A DNA stretch of 17,780 nt from Candidatus Velthaea sp. (GCA_965214935.1 CBDCCS010000026.1:1-17780), one strand, 5' to 3'. Shown: positions 7,706 to 15,595, numbered from the stretch's first letter. Program-made: numbers and translations. The notes: generated from the sequence alone by a model not told the origin.

Positions 7706-8070
7706 CTAAATAGTTCCAAACTGTTTAGACGCCTGACTGGCGAGTGCGGCAATGAACTTGCCGTGCAAACGGAAGGATACTTCCGAAACTTCTTTCCGTC
7801 GCGACGTCGTGCTTCTCGCGTTACCTTCATTGCCGTTGCAGTAGTGCAAATGCCCCAGGCGAGATGTAGCACGGCCTGGCACTAGCATTTTAAATAGCGC
7901 TAATTCGCCCTCATGTAACGGAGGCCTCCGCCGTCGACGACGATATGGCGGATCGGCAGCGTCGCAGGCTGCACGAATTGAGGTAACGCGCAAAACGTCC
8001 CGGCAACAAACCAAACGGGCGCCGTTTACGACCATAGCGGCGCCGCTTCCGCAGGTGCAAGCGCCGCTTC
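7706..8070 (+). ncRNA. Candidate structured RNA or long structured leader, family not recognised
   Basis: Four back-to-back hairpins at 7706-7785, an imperfect rod pairing 7798-7854 with 7955-8004, and further stems at 7855-7879, 7927-7952 and 8013-8027. Most non-Watson-Crick positions are G-U on the plus strand. No credible ORF. Confidence 0.35.
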
Positions 8071-8120
8071 ACAATAATTACCGGGTTTTTCGCGCTTAAT
8101 GAACTCCTGAGGCAACGCGA

Positions 8121-8690
8121 TTGACAAAGAATGCGCCGCCACTCAAACGGCCGCGACGCCCTACTCCGCCGAGTCAAATCGTCCGCCGGATCTCTGAACC
8201 GACGCTCGACGATCATCTCGCCCTGATAACCCGGGCTGTCTTTCAAGCCGGGTTATCGTGGGCTATCATCGCGGCTCAATGGAGCGCGTTCGAGACCGCC
8301 TACAATGATTTTGACATCCGGCGAGTGGCCGCTTATGACGGTTTTGAGGTGGAGCGACTCATGAACACGCCCGGCATCATTCATTCGGCCAAAAAAATCA
8401 CAGGCACGATTCACAATGCCCAAATGCTCATCGATGTCGCCATGCGATTCGGCAGCGTCGCTGCGTATACCGGTTCATTTCCGGGTTATGTTGATTTGCT
8501 GGCCGACGCACGCAAGCGGTTTGCGTTTTTCGGCGACGTAAGCTGCTATTACTGGTTATTTCGCTCGGGCAACGTAGTTCCGCGCTTTGAAGCTTGGATT
8601 GCCGGCCAGTCGGCCGATCACCCGCGCGTCCGAGAGATGGTTTTTGCTAGTCGTGACGCAGGAACGTCGACCGAGCGGGATGGCTATTGA
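8121..8690 (+). CDS. tag: DNA-3-methyladenine glycosylase I (TAG) family protein, short divergent variant
   Basis: FQAGLSW, F..AY..FD...VA.Y...EVERLM..PGII....KI..TI.NA and KRF.F.G match the Adenine_glyco family. TTG start with GAGG 8 nt upstream. Confidence 0.8.
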   Translation: MTKNAPPLKRPRRPTPPSQIVRRISEPTLDDHLALITRAVFQAGLSWAIIAAQWSAFETAYNDFDIRRVAAYDGFEVERLMNTPGIIHSAKKITGTIHNAQMLIDVAMRFGSVAAYTGSFPGYVDLLADARKRFAFFGDVSCYYWLFRSGNVVPRFEAWIAGQSADHPRVREMVFASRDAGTSTERDGY

Positions 8691-8691
8691 C

Positions 8692-8712
8692 CGGCGCTGT
8701 TCCGCCGCGCCG
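8692..8712. terminator. GC-rich hairpin between convergent stop codons, possible terminator or stability element
   Basis: CGGCGC (8692-8697) pairs with GCGCCG (8707-8712) around a 9-nt loop, filling almost the whole 22-bp gap. No U-tract on either side. Confidence 0.3.
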
Positions 8713-10119
8713 TTACGAAACGGCTCTCTCATGCGCGTCGCTTACCAGATCCGCTCGCAGCCGCGCCCGAAACGTCGTTCCTGAAGGCGAAGTCGTGACG
8801 AGCGCTAACGAGCCACCCGCCCGCGCGATCGCTCGCTTCGCGATCGGCAATCCGAGACCGGAACCTTCAACATCGACGCGTAAAGTGCCGCGATAAAAAC
8901 GATCGAAGATCAGCTCGCGGTCAGCCGGATCGATTCCAGGCCCGCGATCGGTGATCAAGACGTCAACGCCACCGGGGGCACGCACGACTCGCACATCGAT
9001 CGAAGAACCGGGTGCATACTTTATCGCGTTGTCGACAAGGTTGGCGAGGGCTTCGTAAACTTCGCCCCGGTCGCCGATGACCGTTGCATCGACCTCGACG
9101 TGAAGCGCGATACGGACCGCCGGCGTCATACCGAGCCGCGTCTGCACGATGTCGTCTTCGAGTAGCGGTGTCAGCTCGAATGGAACGACTGGGCGAACGT
9201 CTTCACCTTCGAGCCGCGCGAGAAGTACCAAGTTATCGATGAGCGTCCGCATCCGGCTGCCCTCGATTGCGATCGTCTCAAAGATGCGGCGCGAACGCTC
9301 ATCTTCTGAACTCGGCCGGCGCAGCATGTCGATATATCCAAGCACAATGGTCAGCGGCGTGCGCAGCTCGTGCCCCGCGTCGGCGACGAACTGGCGCATT
9401 TGCGCTTCAACGGCAGCCCGCTCGTCAAAGGCAACGGCGACTTGATGCGCCGCCGCATTATATGCCCGCACCAACTCGTCAAATTCGGTGCGCCCGGCAA
9501 CGTTGATCGGCTGCGCGGTGAAATCTCGACCGGCGAAGCGGACCAGCGCCGACGTCACATCATAGAGCGGCCGGAGCGCCTGCGAGGTGATGTATCTGCC
9601 GATCGCCCAGGCGGCCACTGCCGCAAACACACCGATGGCGAGCAATACGCCAAGCGATGTCTCGACGATTGCGGCTAGCCGGTCCACGTCGACAAAAATA
9701 ATGACCAGGCCACCGAAGAACCGCTCGCGCGCAATGTGAATTCCGAGCGACGAGGCGGCGACGAAGCCGAAACGGTTGCCGAACGGCGGGCGATCGTCGA
9801 GCTGCCGGGGACCGGGTGTGCGGCTATCGGAACGCGCGAAGGGGCGTGGTGGCGGCGGTGGCCGCGCAACGACGGTCAATCCCGGTCGCGCTAAGCGGCG
9901 CACAAGCAACGCCTCGGCGGCCGCCCAGTCATCCCGGTCATCGACCGCGCGCGCCTCGATATCGGGGACCTGACGAGCGAGTGCACCGATCTGTTCGTTG
10001 GCATCGCGCGCATAGAGAACCAGCCCAACGGCGACAACCGTTCCGGCCAGCAGCACCACGAGCAGGACCGCGACAAAAACATACCAGGCGGTAAGCCGTC
10101 GAGCCAGCGAAGCAAACAC
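8713..10119 (-). CDS. Two-component sensor histidine kinase (2 TM, HAMP, HisKA, HATPase_c)
   Basis: H-box DAGHELRTPL, N-box NLVDNAIKY, G1 DRGPGI, F-box FDRFYR, G2 GSGLGL. GTG start overlaps the regulator TAG by one base at 10119. Confidence 0.95.
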   Translation of the reverse strand: MFASLARRLTAWYVFVAVLLVVLLAGTVVAVGLVLYARDANEQIGALARQVPDIEARAVDDRDDWAAAEALLVRRLARPGLTVVARPPPPPRPFARSDSRTPGPRQLDDRPPFGNRFGFVAASSLGIHIARERFFGGLVIIFVDVDRLAAIVETSLGVLLAIGVFAAVAAWAIGRYITSQALRPLYDVTSALVRFAGRDFTAQPINVAGRTEFDELVRAYNAAAHQVAVAFDERAAVEAQMRQFVADAGHELRTPLTIVLGYIDMLRRPSSEDERSRRIFETIAIEGSRMRTLIDNLVLLARLEGEDVRPVVPFELTPLLEDDIVQTRLGMTPAVRIALHVEVDATVIGDRGEVYEALANLVDNAIKYAPGSSIDVRVVRAPGGVDVLITDRGPGIDPADRELIFDRFYRGTLRVDVEGSGLGLPIAKRAIARAGGSLALVTTSPSGTTFRARLRADLVSDAHERAVS

Positions 10120-10796
10120 TACTGCGTCCGCAGAGCGTAACCCGCGCCGCGAATGGTGCGGATAAGTTTAGGCTCAAAGTTGGCGTCGATCTTCGCGCGC
10201 AGATACGAGATGTAGGTTTCGACAGCACCGGGGCCGACATCACGATCGCTACCCCAGACAAGATCTAAAAGCTGATCGCGAGTAAACACCCGCTCCGGAT
10301 TACGCGCGAACATCAGCAGCAGAGCGTACTCGCGCGCCGACACGTCGATCCGCTGCCCCGCCCGTTTTACCTCGCGCCGGTCGAGATCGATCGTCAAATC
10401 GGCATAGCTGACGATCGAAGGGTGTTCCAGCCGCGGCCGGCGGAGCGCGGAGTGCAGACGAGCCAGCAACTCCGAGACCGCGAAAGGCTTCGCGATATAA
10501 TCATCGGCGCCGCGCCGCAGTCCGGTGATTCGATCGTCCGTATCGGCCTTGGCGCTCAGCATGAGTATCGGTGCTTCCGTCACGCGGCGCATCATCGGTA
10601 ACAGATCGAGGCCGTTCACCTGGGGCAGCATCACATCGAGTACGATGGCATCGGGCCGCCATTCTCGCACCAATGCCAGACCGGCCGGGCCATCAGCAGC
10701 CGAACGAACCTCGAACCCGTCCTCCCCGAGTGCCAGTTCAAGCAGTTCACGCAAGTGACGCTCGTCGTCGATGACGGCTACGCGCGGTGTTGCCAT
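10119..10796 (-). CDS. OmpR/PhoB-family response regulator (MprA-like)
   Basis: IDDE acidic pocket, phosphoacceptor in VLDVMLP, LSAK, GADDYIAKPF, winged-helix VETYISYLRAKID and IRTIRGAGY. Confidence 0.95.
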   Translation of the reverse strand: MATPRVAVIDDERHLRELLELALGEDGFEVRSAADGPAGLALVREWRPDAIVLDVMLPQVNGLDLLPMMRRVTEAPILMLSAKADTDDRITGLRRGADDYIAKPFAVSELLARLHSALRRPRLEHPSIVSYADLTIDLDRREVKRAGQRIDVSAREYALLLMFARNPERVFTRDQLLDLVWGSDRDVGPGAVETYISYLRAKIDANFEPKLIRTIRGAGYALRTQ

Positions 10797-10899
10797 AGAT
10801 CGCCTTCAACCTCCCGTCGCCGGTGCCGCCCCCGCCGCCCCGGACGACGATCAGCTCGGTCCGCGGCCCGTTCACCCAGCCGTTGCGACCAATGAAAAG

Positions 10900-10905
10900 A
10901 GTATA
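10900..10905 (-). promoter_or_regulatory. Candidate -10 element for the two-component operon
   Basis: TATACT on the minus strand in the only AT-rich patch of the 328-bp intergenic region, about 100 nt upstream of the regulator ATG. No correctly spaced -35. Confidence 0.35.
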
Positions 10906-11060
10906 TCCGACGATCCTGGCAACCGACTGCGCGAGGTCGAATATTCCCCCGGGAGCAACGCCGGACCGCGCAGACGCCACTCCCCGCGCGACGGATCGTT
11001 TCGCGTGTGCTGAGCCGCATACCTCACCGCGGGCGCACCCGGTCTGAATCGTCTGCTTTG

Positions 11061-11096
11061 CCGATTGGTGCTGGCCGACGGATGTCGGCGGATCGG
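11061..11096 (-). terminator. Stem-loop downstream of the TonB-dependent receptor gene
   Basis: GCCGAC-ggat-GTCGGC (11074-11089) with outer CCGAT/ATCGG arms (11061-11065 and 11092-11096), about 30 nt after the stop. No U-tract. Confidence 0.3.
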
Positions 11097-11124
11097 TTCA
11101 CGTAGCTGCCGTCCGCGCCGCTAC

Positions 11125-13587
11125 TTAGCTCGCGCGGCCGGCGCCGGCACCCGAACGGGCGCCGGTGTTCAACGTAAAACGGAGCGTGAACTCACGCGGC
11201 ACATTGGCATTCGCCGCCGTATACAGCAAACCGCCCCCGCTCGTCCGGTTCGGTTGCGCGAAAAGCAAACTCGAGAGCGGCGCCGATTCGGTGTCAAAAA
11301 CATTGGTTTCCAGCAACGCCAGCCGGCCGGCGCCGATTGCATGGGAGATGCCGACGCTCACGAGCCCATACGGGTCGATGTGCTGTGCATTATTCGCGCC
11401 GACATACGCGACGTTCGCGAGCAACTCGATCCCGGTGCGCGGTAGATCACCGTCGAGCGTGATGTTTCCCCGATGCACCGGACGTCCCGGGATTTGGGCG
11501 CCCAGGATCGTGGTGCTATTCAAAGCCGCAAGCCGCCGATCGGCGGCCGTCACCGATGCGCCGTTCGTCTGATAGGCCGCGATCGCTACGAGGTGCGGGC
11601 CGAGCGCGATCCGGCCGCTCAGCGTGAAACCCTGGTAGACACGAGTCGTATCGCCGATCTGCTCGCCGATGTAGACGTTCGCGGGGTCGAGCACGGCGTG
11701 CGGACCACACACCGTGGGCGCGCTAAAATACGTCTGCAACGCCGCGATGTACGGAGTTGCGCTCGTGAAGCCCAGACTCGTGGCGACGATTTGCGCATTG
11801 ACAAGTTGATCGGCCTGGGTCTGGCGATAGAGATCGAACTTCAACGCACCAAACGTTCCGGTATGCAGCCAATGCGCATCGTAACTTAGCGCCGATTGCT
11901 TGCCGGGGCGATCGCCCGGACCGCTGACACCGGCGGTTCCGGCCGCGCAATTGAATCGTGCCGTTGCCGGATCGCTGAACGTTTGTACGACGCTTCCCTG
12001 CGGCTGAGAACTGCCGCTACTTACGACCGCGTCGTACGTGTCGGCAGCCTGCGGACGCCACGTGGCGTTGATACCGGCCACCAGCGCTAACCCGCTGCCG
12101 GTGCTGCCGGCAAGTGAAAGATTGGGTCTGATCGAGAGCCGGTCGTTCATTTTGTATACGTCGCTGAGTTCAAACGTTTGCGAATCACTGCCCACGGCCG
12201 ACTGAACGACGAACGGGCTGGCATTCGCGATCGGATCGAAGCGGGTCAGCGAATCATCGCTCGAGCCGCCGGCGGTCAAGGTCGATCGGCCGGCGCTGAC
12301 CGTCGATAGAAAAGCGATGCCGCGGGCGAGCGACGTTGTGCGCGTTATCAGCGGATCGGGCACGCCGTCGATGTACCGCGGTCCGTCGTTTTGGCTGACA
12401 TCATTGGCGTTGACATAGGTCGAGAAACTTGTCGTAACTTCACCGACGAGCGCTTGCACCGTCGCATACATTAAACCGAATCTGTAGGTGGTGGTGTTGC
12501 CGGGACCGATTCCGCACGGCACACGCGTAACGTCCTGCGTGCACAGGTACGCGATCCCTTCGTTATTATGCAGCGCGGTCACGTTTAGCGTCACTTTATC
12601 GCTCACGCCGTAGCGCAACTTGAGAAGATCGCCGGAGTTGCTTGCCTCGCCTGCGTGTGGGTATGTCAGTCCACTCTGATCCGTATAGGTGTTGAAGGTC
12701 AAAGCGTTATTTGATTCCCGTAAGGTGTGCAGCACGGCAATGCCCAACTTGCCGAGCGAACCGGTTTCACCAAGCTGGTAGTTGAATTTGTCGAACGTGC
12801 CATACGACGTCGCGAGCCGCGCGATCCACGTTCTAGTCGGCTGCAGCGTCCGAAAATTCACCGAACCGCCGAGCGAACCGGCTTGGGGCGCAAAGCTCAC
12901 TCCGGCTCCGCTGAAAAGATCGGTATTGACGGGGCGCAGATTTACCGCAGAACCCGGCGTTCCTAGTGGGATACCATCGAGCGTAACGGCTGTTTGCGAC
13001 TCATCGTGACCGTTGAGCGAAATAGTTTGCGCCGCATCCGGATCGTTTGTCGACTGCGTCACGTCGACGCCCGCAATTTTGCCCAGTGCGTCGGTTAAGG
13101 AATCGGAGACGCGGCGGATCGCGCTATCAGCATCAACGTCGTGTGTCGTTACGGCGATGCGCGCACTGACCCGCCCGATCACCTTCATTGCGCCGGCAGC
13201 GGAAAGCGCGATCGGCGCCGATACGCCAATCGCCTGCGGCACGAGCCCAACGTCGATGTCGATTTGCTTGTTTCCCAGTACCTCGAGTTGGGCCGACGTC
13301 GTGCCGATAAACCCGCCTTTGACAACCCGAACGCGATACAGGCCGGACGGCACGTCGGTATATTTCACCAGGCCGCCACGATTCGTCAGCGCGGCTGACT
13401 GCGTCGCGCCGAACAGCGTGACGCGCGCATTTGCCAGCGGCTTTTTGCTATTGGCGTCGGTCACGCTGACGCTGATGATGCCGGTATCGTTGGAGCTCTG
13501 CGCGTTTGCCGCGCCCGTAGCGAAGCCGGCGATGAGAAGCACCAGCAACGCGCCGATCGTTCGCAATCCGACGCCGCGGCTGCGCAA
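11125..13587 (-). CDS. TonB-dependent receptor-like outer-membrane protein with N-terminal carboxypeptidase-regulatory-like domain
   Basis: Signal peptide ending ANA; G.I...VTD....PLANARV.L...VPSGLY.V.V.K.GF domain; plug motifs LTDALGKIAGV, ISLNG and VTLDGIPL, GGSVNFRT; alternating beta-strand pattern ending PREFTLRFTL. TTG start 2 nt after the recQ stop; alternative TTG at 13566. Confidence 0.8.
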   Translation of the reverse strand: MRSRGVGLRTIGALLVLLIAGFATGAANAQSSNDTGIISVSVTDANSKKPLANARVTLFGATQSAALTNRGGLVKYTDVPSGLYRVRVVKGGFIGTTSAQLEVLGNKQIDIDVGLVPQAIGVSAPIALSAAGAMKVIGRVSARIAVTTHDVDADSAIRRVSDSLTDALGKIAGVDVTQSTNDPDAAQTISLNGHDESQTAVTLDGIPLGTPGSAVNLRPVNTDLFSGAGVSFAPQAGSLGGSVNFRTLQPTRTWIARLATSYGTFDKFNYQLGETGSLGKLGIAVLHTLRESNNALTFNTYTDQSGLTYPHAGEASNSGDLLKLRYGVSDKVTLNVTALHNNEGIAYLCTQDVTRVPCGIGPGNTTTYRFGLMYATVQALVGEVTTSFSTYVNANDVSQNDGPRYIDGVPDPLITRTTSLARGIAFLSTVSAGRSTLTAGGSSDDSLTRFDPIANASPFVVQSAVGSDSQTFELSDVYKMNDRLSIRPNLSLAGSTGSGLALVAGINATWRPQAADTYDAVVSSGSSQPQGSVVQTFSDPATARFNCAAGTAGVSGPGDRPGKQSALSYDAHWLHTGTFGALKFDLYRQTQADQLVNAQIVATSLGFTSATPYIAALQTYFSAPTVCGPHAVLDPANVYIGEQIGDTTRVYQGFTLSGRIALGPHLVAIAAYQTNGASVTAADRRLAALNSTTILGAQIPGRPVHRGNITLDGDLPRTGIELLANVAYVGANNAQHIDPYGLVSVGISHAIGAGRLALLETNVFDTESAPLSSLLFAQPNRTSGGGLLYTAANANVPREFTLRFTLNTGARSGAGAGRAS

Positions 13588-13589
13588 AG

Positions 13590-15404
13590 CTAGCCGTGCG
13601 CCGCGCTGATGACCGCCAGGAAGTGCGCGCCGAAATCGGCCAGCTTCTTATCGCCGATTCCGCTGATGGCGCGCATTTCGGCCGCCGTCGCGGGGACGTC
13701 GCGCGCCATCGCACGCAGCACGGCATCGCTAAAAATAACGTACGCCGGAACGTTCCGTTTGTCGGCCAGTTCTTTACGCGCCGCGCGCAGCGCCGCGTAA
13801 AGTTTGCCGTCGTAGTCGCCGTCCGCCGCCGCGGCTTTGGCGGGACGTCCCTTGACGGGAGCGATCGCCGCTTGGCGAATCGTAATCGGTGTGCGGTCGA
13901 CAAGCGCGCGCCGGCCGGCCGGGGTCAACGAGACGACGTTATAGCAAGCGGCATCGGCGGCGATGAGCCCCAGGCGTTCCATTTCATCAGCGACATGGCG
14001 CCAGCCGCTGCGACTGTGTTCGGCCCCGATACCGAACGTCGAAAGCGCGTGATGACCCCAGCGCATGATTTTTTCGTTATCGGCGCCCAGCAGCACGTCG
14101 ATGATGTGCATGATACCGAACGCGCCGCCGTCTTTCTCGCGCATGCGCACGACGCACGACAATAGTTTTTGCGCCGCGACGGTGGCGTCGTACGCGGGCC
14201 GCGGCTCAAGGCAATTGTCGCAGCCGCCGCAATTTTCGTCATCCCAAGTTTGGCCAAAGTAAGCCAGTAGCTCGCGCCGCCGGCAGCCGTCGGCATACGC
14301 GTAGCGGGTCATTTGCTGCAATTGCGCGCGGGCAACGGACTGCTCGTGCGGATCGGTTTTTTCAGCGATGAAGCGCTCGTACTTCTTCACGTCGCCGTGG
14401 CTAAAAAACAGCAGGCACTCCGCCGGCAGCCCATCGCGGCCGGCACGTCCGGTTTCTTGATAATACCCTTCAACATTTTTCGGCACATCGTAATGCACGA
14501 CGAACCGGACGTTCGACTTGTTGATTCCCATGCCGAAAGCAACCGTGGCACATATGACGCGCACGTCGTCGCGCAGAAAACGATCCTGGTTACGCTCGCG
14601 CACGCGCGGCTGCAATCCCGCATGATATGGAAGTGCCGCGATGCCGCCGGCGGACAATTTTTGAGCCAACGTCTCGGCCGATGCCCGGCTCTGCGCGTAG
14701 ACGATGCCGGCGTCATCCGGCCGCGCGCGTAGCCAAGCCACGAGCGCATCGGCCGCGCCGACTTTGCGCGTGACGCGGTACGTTAGGTTCGGCCGGTTGA
14801 AACTCGCCACGTACACCCGCGGCTCGCGCAACGCCAGGCGCTCGACGATATCATCGCGCACGCGGTCGGTCGCCGTGGCCGTGAGCGCGATGAACGCAAC
14901 CTCGGGAAAATGCGCGCGCAGCTGCGCGATGCGCCGGTACTCGGGCCGGAAATCGTGCCCCCATTCGCTGATACAATGCGCTTCATCGACGGCAAATCGC
15001 GACACGTTCCAGCGCGCCAGATCGGCTGCGAAACCGGGCACGGTCAAGCGCTCGGGCGCGACATAGAGCAACCGGTACGCGCCGGCGTCCAGGCCGTGTG
15101 TGCGCGCCCGGACCGCGTCGAGTTCGAGCGACGAATTGAGAAACGTCGCCGGAATACCGGCCGTCGTCAGCGCATCGACTTGATCTTTCATCAGCGCGAT
15201 CAAGGGCGAAATGACGACGGTCAAACCCGCCCCGACGAGTGCCGGCAGCTGAAAACATAACGATTTTCCACCGCCGGTGGGCAGCAGGGCGAACACGTCG
15301 CGACCATCGAGTACGTCGTTAATGATCGCTTCTTGCAGCGGCCGAAACTCGTCGAACCCAAAATGATGCTTGAGCGCGTCGCGCAACGTGGCGCTCGCTA
15401 CCAT
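13590..15404 (-). CDS. recQ: ATP-dependent DNA helicase RecQ
   Basis: Motif 0 (FGFDEFRPLQ), PTGGGKS, DEAH, SEWGHDFRPEY, TATA, ATVAFGMGI, QETGRAGRDG, Zn module CRR...CGGCDNC, RQC winged helix and a single HRDC (VPAYVIFSD). ATG with AAAGGGA upstream. Confidence 0.97.
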   Translation of the reverse strand: MVASATLRDALKHHFGFDEFRPLQEAIINDVLDGRDVFALLPTGGGKSLCFQLPALVGAGLTVVISPLIALMKDQVDALTTAGIPATFLNSSLELDAVRARTHGLDAGAYRLLYVAPERLTVPGFAADLARWNVSRFAVDEAHCISEWGHDFRPEYRRIAQLRAHFPEVAFIALTATATDRVRDDIVERLALREPRVYVASFNRPNLTYRVTRKVGAADALVAWLRARPDDAGIVYAQSRASAETLAQKLSAGGIAALPYHAGLQPRVRERNQDRFLRDDVRVICATVAFGMGINKSNVRFVVHYDVPKNVEGYYQETGRAGRDGLPAECLLFFSHGDVKKYERFIAEKTDPHEQSVARAQLQQMTRYAYADGCRRRELLAYFGQTWDDENCGGCDNCLEPRPAYDATVAAQKLLSCVVRMREKDGGAFGIMHIIDVLLGADNEKIMRWGHHALSTFGIGAEHSRSGWRHVADEMERLGLIAADAACYNVVSLTPAGRRALVDRTPITIRQAAIAPVKGRPAKAAAADGDYDGKLYAALRAARKELADKRNVPAYVIFSDAVLRAMARDVPATAAEMRAISGIGDKKLADFGAHFLAVISAAHG

Positions 15405-15579
15405 CGATCCCTTTCCGGCGACACGCCGGCGGCCGCCGGGGCCGCAGCCCGCTCGTACTTTCCTTCGGTCCTCATCACGTCCGCCCCGCCCGCGACAAGC
15501 CGCAGCCGCGGGTTGCCGGGATGGCGGGCGTTCCGGGTGAAAATCCGCGGCGAGGGCGAATCCGTTTTCGTAACGGCGA

Positions 15580-15595
15580 GCCGGTCGCGACCGGC
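15580..15595. promoter_or_regulatory. Perfect 16-bp palindrome, candidate operator
   Basis: GCCGGTCGCGACCGGC is its own reverse complement and lies 27 bp upstream of the probable GT2 start codon. Confidence 0.3.

Noticed and set aside
7706..8070. Assignment of the structured region to a CRISPR array, tRNA, tmRNA or c-di-GMP riboswitch
   Set aside because: No regularly spaced identical repeats, no cloverleaf or T-loop, and no recognisable GEMM consensus; left as an unassigned candidate.
7681..8246. Minus-strand ORFs 7681-7872, 7706-8035 and 7911-8246 in the intergenic region
   Set aside because: Arg/Ser-rich compositions, no family motifs, no RBS, and they overlap each other and the TAG-like gene. 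Likely spurious.
10822..10843. G-run tract on the minus strand in the regulator leader (possible G-quadruplex)
   Set aside because: Only two-tier G-tracts are possible, which is unremarkable at this GC content.
10747..11047. Short ORFs (74-80 aa) upstream of the response regulator
   Set aside because: No recognisable motifs, most overlap the regulator start, and several frames are open simply because of high GC.
13013..13609. Long antisense ORFs such as the 198-aa frame opposite the receptor, and similar ones opposite recQ, the kinase and the GT2 gene
   Set aside because: Typical shadow ORFs of GC-rich coding sequence; the opposite strand has clear family motifs.
15455..15482. Minus-strand GTGATGAGGACCGAAGGAAAGT resembling a hammerhead core or the RNase P GGAAAGU motif
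   Set aside because: The CUGAUGA core is imperfect, stem II and the flanking helices do not form, and the region is too short for RNase P RNA.
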